NCBI GenBank assembly: GCA_013239625.1
Contig: MU054391.1
Span: 2,385,130-2,449,129, forward strand
Origin: Lama guanicoe
Lineage: Eukaryota
Length of the DNA: 64,000 bases
Reading direction: 5' to 3'
The position numbers were made by a program, and so were the translations under genes. The notes under the pieces are model-generated. The model did not search any database and had not been told where the DNA came from. It saw nothing but the letters and a program-made list of their open reading frames with translations. Position 1 is the stretch's first letter. Each line of letters opens with the position of its first letter. Shown piece by piece: positions 38,358 to 51,519 of this stretch.

Positions 38358-38897
38358 GGATGAATGAATTTTATCAAGTAGACCATGCATTTGTTGTTAG
38401 AGCATCAAACCCTGTAATATATTTATGGTTTGCAACTGTACGTTGCATTTGAAATTAGTGTCATCACTACAGTAAAATAGGTAGAACCTCAGGTTGGAAA
38501 CATCTGACATTAGAAATACTAATGTTATCTTGATAACATACTCTATTTTCTCATACATTTTCAAAGATTTGAAAGTAATTGCTCCATAATTTTTTCTCCC
38601 TAACTTTGGATATATAAACAGACCACATCAATGGGTTTCAGGTGCTTTTAAATATCATGAGGATAGAATATGAAATGGTCAGAGCTCTCAGAAATGAGGA
38701 AGTACATAAGAATCTGCACTTTCCATCCTATGATGAAGATAAGAAATGTAAACACGTCATTAAGGTGAATCATAAACCAAACACCATTTGTTTCCACATG
38801 TTCTCACTCTGCCTGACTTGTCAGCAGAGGAAATCTACGTTTCAAGAAGTTAAAACCCGACAGGTGGAACACATGCAGATCCCTCTTGCACTGTGTT

Positions 38898-39050
38898 ACA
38901 CGTGCAGCCACACGTGCATATGCAACACACACGTGTGCACATGCACATGCATGCACACACACCCACATGCATGCACAAAGGTGCATGCACAGGTGCACAC
39001 ACATACACGCATGCACACATGCACACATACGAACACACACACATGCACAC
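38898..39050. repeat. Degenerate (CA)/(CATG) alternating purine-pyrimidine repeat
   Basis: cacgtg/catgca/cacaca units over about 150 bp. Confidence 0.85.
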
Positions 39051-40466
39051 TCTGCGCTAGTTAGCTCTCAAGGGCTCGTGCCCTGACCCTCCCCACTGGC
39101 CTCCTACAGCTGCAGCGTCCACCCTCTCAGCTCTCAACTTGGAGCAACGCAGCCCCTTCCCCGGGGGAGGGTGTGGGAGGACGGTGACTCTTTCCCGTGG
39201 CTCACAAAGCTCTCCTCTAAGGCCTGGTCACCTCTAGTTTATCTTAAATTCCTGACGCGAAATGAAACCAAACAAGAAAACGAGTACACTTTGTGTGTTC
39301 CGGCTGGAAACTAACACACAGAAAGCATCCTTTCATCCTAGTTTCGGAAGAGGAAAAAAGCGGTGGGGAGACACCTGCTCTAGGTCCCGTCTGCCTGGCC
39401 CGCGTCCCGGGAGCCTGTGAACTGTGTGAGTCCCCTCAGCTGTAGGGCACTCAGCTCCCTCTTCTGTTAAAAAATAAATAAAAATAAGACGATGACATTC
39501 TATCGCCCACTGTGGGACTGTGTAAATCAGGCGACAAGGAGCAAGCACAGGGTCCTGGTCCACTGGGGCTGACAGTCCACTCTGCCTCAGGGCCGGAGCT
39601 GCTGCCCGTGGCTCTGAGCCCCTCCCTTCCCTCGTCTGCGACAGCAGCTCCCGCTGCTCCCACGTGGGGACGGGTGCCTGGGAGCCGGAAACGGAGCCCA
39701 GAGACCCGCCCGGGGATCAAGCGGACCCAGGAAGGGAGCAACGGCTTTCCAACCACGGTAAGCAAAATGCGTCTGCGTTTAAATGTTTGGAAAAGCAATT
39801 TCGTAACTATGACGTCATGGTGAGGAACGATTCTCTGAGGAAGACCTGTAAAATACCATCCCACCTGTCAGCTTGGGGTGCATTGTATAACGTTTGTGGC
39901 TTATGACTTACTAGATATGAAAGTACCTTTTTGTAATACAAAAATTACACAAGAGCTGTCATTCCACCGGGACCACAGGAAAGCAGTTTCTGTGATGCTA
40001 TGAAGGTGCGTGCACCGCAGCAGAGAATGAAGCAGAGTGACGACACGAGGCGTTCAGCACATCGTGACAATGGGCCTTTCCCGAAGAATCAGTGCTCCTG
40101 GAGGCCTCAGCCCTGACAATTCAAGGGATATTTCAGAGGGTCTGCCGCCTGGCAGGAGGCGTACGGGGCCCTGTCACTGAGCGCCAGGCCCTCCCCTTCC
40201 TCACCTCCGGCACCTCCTAGAGCAGCAGTTTCAGACTTGGAGGGGGCTGGGCTCACAGTGGGGGGGTGCTTCTTTGAGATCCCAGACAGATGGGTTCTAA
40301 CCCCACCAATGTGTAGAAACACTCCAAGTTTTCGAATGTAGTGATTCTAATTAAACAGTAAGCGGTGGCAGCAGGTCAGAGCGGCCTCGTCAACCCGGGG
40401 CTGTCACAGGTTCCCTGCCCATCAGGAGTGCAAATCCACGGGGAGTGACTTCCTTCTGAGAACAGT

Positions 40467-40834
40467 TGTCAGCTCGGCTGCTGTGACTTACACGTCAGAG
40501 CCTGGGGGCTTAAACAGCGGACACTTCTTTCTCACAGTTCTGGAGGCTGGGAAGTCCAAGGTCAAGGTGTCAGCAGACCCAGGGTTGGTCAGAGCTCTTG
40601 CTGGCCTGCAGAAAGCTGTCATCTGGGTGTAGCCTCACGTGGCGGAGAACAGGGAGGGAGAGAAAGCAAGCTCTCTCCTGGTGGCTCTTCTTACAAGGGC
40701 CCTGATCCTGTTCACGTGGGCTCCACCCTCATGGCCTAGTCTCCTCCCAGAGGCCCCACCTCCCAGGGCACTCTGATGGGTAGGATTTAGACGTATGACT
40801 TTGGGGGTGGGACACAAACACTCAGTTCGTAACA
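40467..40834 (-). mobile_element. MLT1A-type MaLR solo LTR, near full length
   Basis: 'tttctcacagttctggaggctgggaagtccaaggtcaaggtg', 'gggctccaccctcatggccta', 'gggacacaaacactcagttcgtaaca'. Flanks acagt/gcagt fit a 5-bp TSD with one change. Confidence 0.9.
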
Positions 40835-43800
40835 GCAGTGCTCCTCCGACCCGTCCTCTGGGAACCAGACTTGCACGTTCTGGCAAGAGATGCTCCAGTT
40901 TCAGCTCGAGCCTGTTGCTCCATGAGATGAATAAGGCCTGCCTTCCCTCCCACGATTTTCCAAATTGAAAGTTATTGCAATAACATTTCCTAAGGCTCCT
41001 GGTTTGATGGCTCCTAAATTTTGTCATTCGAGCAATGCTGCAAACCCTAAATTAGAACTGTAAGTCCTAGTCTTCTGGGATTTGGGGGCTGTTGCTTAAC
41101 AGCCAGAATCTTAGTTTTCCCATTTGTCTACTTTGTTTCATAAACAAGAAATGAGCATGGCCTCCACCAGGCAGTGAGAGAGTCATAGATTAATTTGCAA
41201 GAAGAGAATAAATGAGTGTTGGGTGTATGTGCTCAGAATGGTGTGTGCTGCTGTTTTGGAGACATAATTTTCACTTCTTTTTCTTTCAACTAAGCAAATC
41301 GTTTCACAAAATTAGGTAATTTGTGCAAGATCTGTGAGACAGACGTTAAGTCACTGATGGAGACTCAGTCCCTTCCAAATCTGTCTGAACACAAAACATT
41401 GGCCATTTCCAGCCGTCCTCTGAAATGAGATCTCTTCCAGAGAACACATGACAATCTGTGGCTTCACACGAGAACTGATCGACCTCCTCAGACACAGCAA
41501 AGCTGGATGCTGGATGTAAAAGTCCCAATTTTATACTCCTCAAGTTAGTGGGAAAAAAATCAGAGCCACAAACCAGTGGCTACAGCTGTTAAACCACAAT
41601 GATTCTGAAGATGCGCTGCCGTCTGTAAGAGTTACTACAGAACCGTCCTGTTAAAATCCCTATTATTTCTGTTGCACCAGGAAAGGATAAACGGAATTGC
41701 TTTTTGCTGGAGACAGATTACGTTCTCATCGAAGGGCAAATCCAGCCACAGCTGGGCCTTTATAATTGTGACTCATTTAAAATGCCTCGTTATTAAAACT
41801 GGATTGTTTTGGATTGCGACTTTATTCAATTGAGACAATTATGTGTTCTGTGCGATTCAAATCAATAATTTCAGGCAGCCGATGATTATTTCAGCATAAT
41901 TTGTTGTGCCTTTTGCTTTCTTAGACAGCCATTGGCTATCAAAGTCTGAAATTAGGTTTTAATTTCCTTTGGGGGAAATTTCACGTGTATATTGCCTTAG
42001 CTTTCATAAACGTCGCGATGTTTTTGTCCCCATGCAAGTCCAGACGAGCGCTCAGGGGATGTCCATCCACCAGGCTGTGTCCACCCGGGTTCACACACTG
42101 CTGGGCACTAGCCTCTGTCCTCTGGAAGGCAGGGCCGGCTCTGCAGCTCTGTGAGGACCGGCTCTTCCCGCCGGCCAGCCGGCCCCGGGGCCCTGGGATG
42201 AACTTCCGCCCTCTGCAGTGCTTCTCTGTGCTTTCCAGGAGGGTGTAGGGAGAAATCAGTGGCAGCCCCAGGAAGTGCTGCCCTGAGGATGCAGCAAACA
42301 TCGGCCTCTGCAGGGGGAGACTGCCCGATGCCTGCTCTCCAAGGGCTGCCAGCAGGCGCCGTGCACAGGGCGATGAGGTGCATTCCAGCAGACAAGCCTT
42401 CCCTCCAGCCCGGCCGCGCCCCTTGGAGGTGGTCACGCTCCCGCAGCCCCACCAGTGGGAGAGGCAATTTCTGCTCCTATCCACAGTCTCTTCCTGGCCA
42501 TTCCCTGGGGGCTGGCAATAAAATCATCATGTCCTTGTGTGAAATAATGGTTTTTAGGTTTTGAAAATACATAAAAATTACAAGAATGTGAAACTCACCA
42601 CTAGCACTGGGACATGTACGCTTGAGAATCCGTCGTAGGTGTCATCTGACCAGGGAGGAAGACAGAGGGGTGGGTGAGATGAGCTGAAGGAAGGCGAGGA
42701 TGTACATGGACCAGGCCAGGGCATGAGTTACTGAAATATCCATGTTTGTAACAACCATCAGCTCTGTTTCTCAAAAAACGGGACTAAGACTACGAGATGT
42801 TGCAGAGAGGACAATCAGCCTAATTGGAGCTTGAGTCGCTGTGTGTCTGACCACCGAAGCCACACGCAGGCCGATTCCCAGGCTCCAAAGCAGCAGGTGT
42901 CTGCCTTAAGAAGATACGCAGGGGTGTCCGCATTTTAAGGGGACTTGGGTGCTGTGACCTCTAAGAACCCTTTGACTTAAAGGATAGAAGATCTTATGGT
43001 TGATGGAGCCGCCTGTGGGAGATGAAAACTGAGGTAAGGGAGGTATTAAGAAAGTATTGAGACTTTAAAAAAAAAATCTCTTCCTGTTTTGTACATTTCA
43101 CATTAAGACCAAGAAGGTCTCCCGGAGACGCCTCACCGCCCTGGGGGATCACGCAGCCTGAACCGGACATTGATGCAGCCGTGAGCGCCACGCTGGAGAT
43201 GTAAGCCCTCTGCTACCTGCAGAGGGGCATTCATGGGTAAATAACAAAAAAAATATCAAAACAAGGAACGCTTGGCTGTTTAAATGTGGTCGAAGAAGAA
43301 TCACCACTCACGCTGAAACCCATCTCAGTGACGCAACGTGCTTCCTGTGAGTCGAAGCAGTGATTCCTGGACCAGGTGACAGGTCTAGACCAGGAGAGAG
43401 GCATCCTGAAGAAATGAAGAGTCTGAACAAACAAACACCCACCCTGTGTCGGTTTTCCGTGAGAAGCATCTGTGGGTTACGAAGGATTCCTTTTCCTGGG
43501 ACGGAATGACGGTGCTCTAGCTCGGGGTGGGGTGACTTCAGTGTGGGATCAGAGCTCAGCTCGGTTCTGTTTTTGAAACATGGTATTACAGCTCAAAATC
43601 TTACACCTCCTGGACGTTCTCAGGTGTATGTGGAAAATCAGTCCTATTTCACAGCTCGCCTAGACGGATGTTTTGATGACAGCCCGAATCTAGAGAATCA
43701 ATAAAAGCCAATAAAACTTGGAAGGAGACTGCTTAATTCTCACTGAGGCTTAATTAGCCTTATTTTGCTCCTTCTCACCCAAGGAAGACTTCTAAAGGAG

Positions 43801-44189
43801 ACCAGTATTTTCAACGATTGGCAGGTCAGAAAACGGTCTTCCTCTCCCATACCCACGTTTGCCTGTTTTCTGCCTCCTCGGCCATCATCCCTGTTCAGTT
43901 CCTTATTACTTCTCTGCACTTTTGCTGTGATCAACTTACAATACTTCCAACAGTTTGCATGAAGAAACCCACAGTGGCATAGTTTTGGTTTCATAATCTT
44001 GTGCGTCGTGCCAGTTTCCGGGAGTGAGGAGCGAGGGAACATGGGCATCTCCTCAATAATGATAGGATTTCTCCAGTTTCCATCCATCCAGTCCTACCCG
44101 CCTACGCGGCCTCTTCCCTCATTGTGCCTCCACGTGTATTTTCTACAGCACGTAACTGGGGGCACCGTGTCGCCTTCTCTTGTGGCTTC

Positions 44190-45145
44190 AGATACACCCA
44201 AGTCATGAGCCCAGACTGTTCTCTTGTCCCATATACATACATATACAATTTCTGCCTGCCTGAGGTGTTTGATAAACAATATAACTTAAAGATTCTTATT
44301 TTTTTAAACCCAGGCAGGCTCTCCTTCCTGTGTTGTACATTTGCGCAAATGGTACAAACATCAGTCCCTTAGTCCCAACCTGGAAATCAGCTGTCACACT
44401 TGATTCCTTTTTTCCATTTTCGAGCACCCACAGAATCACTGTAACTTTTGCTTGTATGTTTGCTCTCTTTCCACTGTCTCCTTGCTCTGCGTCCCACTAC
44501 ATTATCTTTGCTCCTGCCACCAGGACTCCACCCCAGGAACATGGCAGTGGCCACCTCGCTGACCCCTGTGCTTACCCACGGTCCAGCTGCTCTGCGCTTC
44601 ACCGCAGGAGCGTTTCTGAAATGCACATCTGATCTTGACATTAAAACATGACCTAAATGTGTCCCTTAGGTTGAATCTGGACTGTAATTTGCTCAAATTG
44701 ACTCAAATCTCAATTGACTCAAAGTCGTTTGCTTGTCACTACCTGTTACACGCACCTGAGCTCCACTGCTGTGAACATCTTCAACTTTCAGAAACATGTC
44801 CTTAATTTTTTGACACAAAATCCTTCATGTTTTTCCCCCTTTGCCTGAAACACTGTCCCTTTATAATTCTCCAACAGCCTTTAGATTTCTCCTTAGAGAT
44901 AATGTTCATCAAGGGTTAACTGATGACACTGCAGCCGGGTTAAGTGCCCCCCTCTTACACTTTGCTGGCTCATCTGTTCTTACTCCCACTGCAACATTCA
45001 TGCAACAGTAACATCACTTCTTTCCCAGTGGAAAATACGTTCCCCAGGGACCAAGTTTTAAGGCGTATTAGCTGTGTGCCCTTAGCACGCAGTGCAGGAC
45101 CTGGGACACAAGGAAGGCTCTGCATGTCCTCAGTGGGTGAAATAC
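44190..45145 (+). mobile_element. L2 3' portion
   Basis: 'aaatggtacaaacatcagtcc...gtcacacttgattcc', 'ccctttgcctgaaacactgtccc', and a terminal 'gcacgcagtgcaggacctgggacacaaggaaggctc'. Confidence 0.7.
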
Positions 45146-46419
45146 TTGTTTCTGGGACTGACACCAGTACGTCATCCTTCCCTGTGTCAGTGATGACCTC
45201 TCTCCACACAATGCTTTCACCTGATCCCAGATCCCAAGAAACATTAAAAAAATATGCAGGTCACCTTTGCCTTCCTTTCAGAAGTCGTTCCTGAAGGCAC
45301 CAGTTCATAGAGATCATTCTCTTCATTAAAAACCTGCAGAACCTACTATTAAAAAAATGTGGGGGGGGCATCTTATATGTCCTTTCTACCTCCTCTTTGC
45401 CCAAAGCAATACATTCATAGTTTCCTCTAAGGGAAGGTTTTGCTATATTCCCATACAAACATTAAATATTTCCTCATTCATCAAATGACTCAATGACATA
45501 ATATTTTTCAGAATCAGAAGCACCAATACCGTTCAGCTGTGACCGCCAGGGCATTAAAACTGCACAGCAACTGGAATGCACTGGTGCTCTGTTTGTTTCC
45601 GAGCCTGAAACACGTTCATGAATGATTGCTCTGTTGTTGTCAGTGCTGATGTCCCACTTGCCATCAGCCCGAGGTCCACTGTATGGTGGAAGCAGTGTCC
45701 CAGGGAGAGCAGACGTATGTAGGTAGAATATTAAGTGGACACATTACGTAGAATATGTTTTGCAGAATCAGCTTACAGTCGATTCCTGAAGACAGTTCCC
45801 AGCATTGCCTCGGGCCGGGCAAGCCCAGCACCGGAGTCCGCGCTTATGCAAGGGGCCGCAATTCAGTTCTGCTTTCCCCTGAGCTACAACGCCAAGCCAT
45901 GCAGGGCCAAACGACTGAGGACCCCGGAGCAGTTCAGGAAATCTAACCAACCAGTAGCCAACCCGATATTAGGGGACGTGACATACAGACCATGATAAGA
46001 AGTCAATTATACCTTTGATGTCTTGAAAAAAGAGAACTCTTACCAGAAATTCAACTTGACTTAATTTCCTATATTGAATATATTTCATAAAAATTCAACT
46101 GTTTGGTCATAGCACATATTGATTCAAATTAGTATAAGAACGTGCACAGAATTGCTACTTATGCTGAGCACATACATGATAATGTATAAATAAAAATTAT
46201 GTTTCTCATTGCCAGTTTATCAGTTTATCCAAACCAAAGATTTCCTGTCACACCTGCACATGCCCACCCCACCTACTGAAATCGGACTCATCTTTCTGTG
46301 ATGATCTCCACTCCGTTTGTCACCTGCCACCTCCAGGATGATCAGCTTTATGCAGCCAGTCCAACGTGAGTGGGGGGTTCGTCTTAGACTTGAATACCAA
46401 GGCTGATGGATTTTTGTTT

Positions 46420-46765
46420 AGGAAGTTTTCACCCATAGAAATAGACAAGCTATTCATACAATTTTTTGGAAAAACAAATGAACACAAATACCTAAAACAC
46501 TCTTGAAAAGAAAAATAATTAAATTGAAGAAGTTATACAGCTTGATTTCAGGATTTACTGTAAAGCTACAGTAATCTCAGCAGTGTGCTGTGGGCTAAAG
46601 CTTTGGCATGTAGATGAACGGAGCAAAAGAGAGTCTAGAAATAGTTCCACATGTATGTGGTTAACTGACTTTTGACAAAGATAAAAATAGAATTCAATGG
46701 GAAAAAGTAATGTTTTGTACAAACAGTGCTAGAACAATTGGACACTTTGTTCAAAATAAAGGAAT
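46420..46765 (+). mobile_element. Old L1M ORF2 fragment (left part of interrupted host element)
   Basis: 'gtaaagctacagtaatc...gagtctagaaatag...gacttttgacaaag...attcaatgggaaaaag...aaacagtgctagaacaattggac' corresponds to KATVI...FDK..IQWGK..NKWCWNNW. Confidence 0.85.
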
Positions 46766-46769
46766 ATTT

Positions 46770-48217
46770 TAAGTTCCTTTGTCTTTTTTTTTTTAGATTC
46801 CACATATAAGTGATATCATATGGTATTTTTCTTTTTATTTCTGTCTTACTTCACTTAGAATGACCGTCTCCAGGGCCATCCATGTTGCTGCAAGTGGCAT
46901 TTTTATTCTTTTTTATGGCAGAGTAGTATTTCATTCTATAAATATACCACATCTTCTTTATCCAGTCATCTGTCAATGGACATTTAGTTTGTTTCTGGGT
47001 CTTGGCTACTATAAACAGTGCTGCTATGAACATTGAGGTGCACGTATTTTTTAAAATTAAGATTCCCTCTGGATATATGCCCAGGAGTAGGATTGCTGGA
47101 TCATATAGTAAGTCTATTTTCAGTCTTTTGAAGAATCTCCATACTGTTTTCCACAAAGGCTGCACCAAACTACATTCCCACCAACAGTGTAGGAGGGTTC
47201 CCTTTTCCCCACACCCTCTCCAATATTTATTGTTTGTAGACTTTTTACTGATGGCCATTCTGACTGGTGTGAGGTGATACCTCATTGTAGTTTTGATTTG
47301 CACTTCTTTGATAATTAGTGATATTGAGCATTTTTCATGTGCTTATTGGCCATTTGTATGTCTTCATTGGAGAATGGCTTGCTTGTGTCTTCTGCCCACT
47401 TTTGGATTGAATTGTTTGTTTGTTTGGTTTTATTATTAAGTTGAATGAACTGTTTATATATTCTAGAAATTAAGCCCTTGTCAGTCTCATGTTTTGCAAA
47501 TATTTTCTCCCATTCTGTAGGTTGTATTTTGTTCTGCTTATAGTTTCCTTTGATGTGCAAAAGCCTGTAAGTTTAATTAGGTCCCATTTGTTTATTCTTG
47601 CTTTTATTTCTATTGCTTGGGTAGACTGCCCTTGGAGAACACTGCTGAGATGTATGTCAGATAATGTTTTGCCTGTGTTTTCTTCCAGGAGATTTGTTGT
47701 GTCTTGTCTTATGTTTAAGTCTTAAAGCCATTTTGAATTTATTTTTTTGGGGTGAGGGAGTGTTCTAACTTCACTGATTCACATGCAGCTGTTCAGTTTT
47801 CCCAACACCATTTGCTGAAGAGACTGTCTTTTCTTCATTGCATGTTTTGCTTACTTTTTCAAAGATTAATTGACCATAAGTTTGTGAATTTATTTCTGGA
47901 CTCTGTTCTGTTCCATTGGTCCATATGTCTGTTTTTGTACCAACACCATGCTGTTTTGATTACCGCAGCTCTGTAGTACTGTCTGAAGTCTGGGAGGGTT
48001 ATTCCTCCAGCTTCATTCTTTTTCTTCAGTGTTGCTTTGGCAATTTTGGGTCTCTTGTGATTCCATACAAATTTCAGAATTACTTGTTCTAGTTCTGTGA
48101 AAAACGTCCTGAGTAATTTGATAGGGATTGCATTAAATTTGTAGATTGCTTTGGGTGGTATGGTCATTTCAACAATATTAATTATTTCAATCCAAGAACA
48201 TGGGATATCTTTCCATT
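46770..48217 (-). mobile_element. Relatively young L1 ORF2 fragment, truncated at both ends
   Basis: Minus ORFs read '[57 protein letters not shown]' and '[35 protein letters not shown]'. The 3' UTR stops shortly after the internal A-rich tract. Confidence 0.95.
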
Positions 48218-48234
48218 TAATTAAGAAAATTTTT

Positions 48235-49043
48235 AAAAGATTTAAAAATAGGCTAATGACTGGAAAAGACACTTCACAAATGAAAACATACAGATGGCAC
48301 ATAAGCACATAAACAGATGACCAGCTTCATTATTCAGCTGGAAATGACAAGTGGAAGCCATAACAAAATACTACTGCGCACATATTAGAAACGCTTGATT
48401 TAAAAGAAAGAAAAGTATCCGGCAATACTAAGTCCCGATGCGGGTGAGGAGCGACTGGGACCCTCACGTGTGACAGACTGGAAACCAGCTTGGCAGGCGC
48501 TCACATAGCTAAACATACCACAGGCTGATCAACCGATCATTGTGGCCCAAACGTATCACCCTCAGCTATTTCCACGAGAGAAATGAAACAGTATGTTTAC
48601 ACAAAACCTCTGCACGTGAATGTGTATGGCATTGCTATTCATAATTTCAAAATACTGGAAACGGCCCAAATGGTTTTGACTGCGGATAGGTAATCAAACG
48701 GGGACACACTCATGGGATGCAGAACTGATTGTTAGTAAAAAGGACATCTGCTAATCCGCCAAACAAAATGACTGAACATCAGATGAGCTATGCTGGGGGA
48801 AAGTCAGGCTAAGACGGTCTCACCCTGTATAAATTCCCTTCCATAACATTTTGGAAAAAACAGAACAATCGGAACAAGAAACAGGGGAGCCCACACTACA
48901 GAGGGGCAGGGCCATGGCGGGTGCTGGGTACGTCCATGCCTTCACTTTGGTAGTGGTTCCATGCCACTCTGTATTTGTCAAAACTCACAGAACTGTGGCC
49001 AAACATGGTGGATTTATTGAATGCAAATTTCACCTCAAGAAAT
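48235..49043 (+). mobile_element. Old L1M (MD/ME1-like) ORF2 end plus 3' UTR (right part of host element)
   Basis: 'aaaaataggctaatgactggaaaagacacttcacaaatgaaaacatacagatggcacataagcacat' through 'tatttgtcaaaactcacagaactgt...tgcaaatttcacctcaa'. Confidence 0.85.
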
Positions 49044-49990
49044 ATCACTTAGATTTTCTTCTAGGGCCAAAGCTTGAAAATGTAGAGAAAAAAACAGATT
49101 AAAATAAAACTAACAATTGTGTTTGAATGACTCTAAAAATGCCTGACCATGTTACGGTGTTTTTGCTTTTCTTTCTCAAATTTTGATTCTGATTGTATTC
49201 TTAGAATGAGTAAAGTTAAAATATTTTACTCCAAGCAATATTTTTAAAACTGTGACTTGCACATCAGGAGGACAGACATTACTACAGTTTGATCCAGCAA
49301 AGATACATGATACATATCTTATGAGAAGCACTGGAAGTTCAGGAAGACGTGCGCGCTCTGCTAATGACATTTCCTGTGCTATTCTCAGCACATCTGCTCA
49401 GCTTTAGCCAAGGGCAAATCACAGTTTTGAGAACCTTATTCCCACTGGGAAGGGTTTATAATAATTTATGATGTGGCAGAATGGGATTACAAAAAGTACG
49501 TACGTGGCAGCCTTTGACAACTGAACACGTGCATTTTACTAATCAATCCTTGTCTGTTTTTTTTTTCCCTAAATACAAACATTGCTCTGACTTCAGGCAG
49601 CACAGTTTGTGTGAGGAAATTCTATCTGTCCTATTTTAGACAGGTTTTGATGGATAAGCAACAGGAGGAGTGGTTCATGGAAGGGACTCCGGCTGTGAAA
49701 GGCTGGGAAGAAATCATCCCCTGTTTGCTCTGTCGGCAAGCACTTGAGGAGCCTTAGGGAAATTCCCAGTCCCTTGCTGGACTTTGTTGTCATCCTCACG
49801 CAGGGGCTAGTCCCCTGGAACCTCACCCAGCACGCCTCCAGCCTACTTAACTCAGCTCATCCGACAACTTTGTAAGAATGAAAGAATCAGAACAGCATTG
49901 CAGCTTAAGGGTGATGCCTGCAGTGGTCAAGACCATCTTCGTCTCTGACCTTGGTCATGGCTCGGGACCAGGAAAAGCAGACGACCTTAG

Positions 49991-50160
49991 CAGTAATTGC
50001 CAGCACTGACTCAGAATTTGGTAAGTGGTGTGCTAGACACTTTCATACCCACAGCCTCAGTTAATCATGGCATCAACCCTGCAGATCCGAGGCTCACAGA
50101 CGTCATCCTGCACAGAATTACGGCAGCTCCTGTGTGTCTGCTGCTAAGTCTCATGCCCAG
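49991..50160 (-). mobile_element. MIR fragment
   Basis: 'gtgctagacactttcatac...ctcagttaatc...caaccctgcag...gaggctcacagac'. Confidence 0.5.
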
Positions 50161-51109
50161 AGTCACGTGACCCCAAAAACCTACCAGCCAGTAAGCAAAT
50201 GTAATTCACGTGCCAAAAAATAGCCTGAACTGCGAGTTTCAATTTTTTCACCTGTAAAATTTCAGTAGCTGTGAAGCAGAAGAAAACCCAAATGGACAAG
50301 TAGTTACTGGACGCATGTGACACGTAACGTTTCATCAGAGGTTTGGGGTCCCTAGGAGGTTGTAATGTCATTAATTACAGATATGTGTTCATACAATTTT
50401 ATAAGTGCAATTGCATAATTAATAATATGTGGATGATTTATAGTAATTGCTAAAGCTGTGGAATTTGTCTTTAGCCATCATTATGAGGGCTCTATATTTT
50501 TATTATAGAACATATTATAGAACAATATGCAGTTTCATTAAGGGGACAGGAGATGGGGGAAACAGACTCAGGCCTGTTCCAGCCTCCCAGGTTGCTCCGC
50601 AGTGTTCAGTGTGCGAGGCAGGCAGGGCTCTGATAGCGCGGAAAGACATAGCAGGGGCACTGAGCTCCATAAATGTGCATGTAGTTATGGCTGAGAAAAG
50701 AATCTTGAAAAGGAGAACAGCTTTTCACAAATTTCAGGGAAAAAAAGTTTCAGCGAGCTCAGAGGAATTAGAGAGAATCTTGAAAGAACGTAATCATAGC
50801 CTTCCTCTCTAATTTGCCAAGGCACTACGACTAACAAGAAACAATTAAAGATAGAAACATGCCGTATGTGGCCAAAAGAGACCATTATCATACAAAGGAC
50901 CCAATCCTCTGGGTTTAGAGCATCCATAGCCAACATTACACGGACAGTTAATAAACAAACATCATTTCGTTGAGGACTTGTTAAAGCGGGGTGTTTTGAC
51001 AGGATTCTGAGCCCGTGGTTACGCCCAAGTGCGGGGCAGCTGCCCAAGGGGTGGGAGGGTTCCTCTCCGTGAAACACCACGGGATTCTGTGGAAAGCTCC
51101 GTATGGAGC

Positions 51110-51463
51110 TGGATTAGTGTCTAGGGCTGTTCTAGTAAATGTCACAGCTGAGTGGGACCTATTCTCTCACACTCTGGAGAACGGACGTCTAAGGTCAGGG
51201 CGTCAGCAGAGCTGGCTCCCTCCAGGGGCTGGGAGCCTCTGTTCCAGACCCTCCTCGTGGCTGGCAGATGCCCGTCCTGTGACTTGACCCTCTCTCCCCT
51301 CTGTGTCTGTGTCAAAGGACACAGTCTTACTGGGTGAGAGCCCACTCTCGAGACCTCATCCTAACTCGGTCATCTGCCAAGACCCTTTTTCCATGTAGGA
51401 TCGCGTTTACGAGGTCAGGGCTTCAGTATGTGAATTGCGGGGGAGACAATTCAGCCCACAGCA
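51110..51463 (-). mobile_element. MLT1B-type MaLR solo LTR
   Basis: 'tattctctcacactctggag', 'aaggacacagtcttactgg', 'gacctcatcctaact...catctgccaagaccctttt', 'gggagacaattcagcccacagca'. Confidence 0.85.
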
Positions 51464-51519
51464 GGGACTCTCAGCACAGCTAACGTGAAGCAAGCATGGG
51501 AGCGACCTGAAGCGGCGGG

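Noticed and set aside
46851..48308. ORFs with clear protein similarity
   Set aside because: They are frameshifted LINE-1 ORF2p remnants, not host genes; the same applies to 37101-38319 and 25108-25413.
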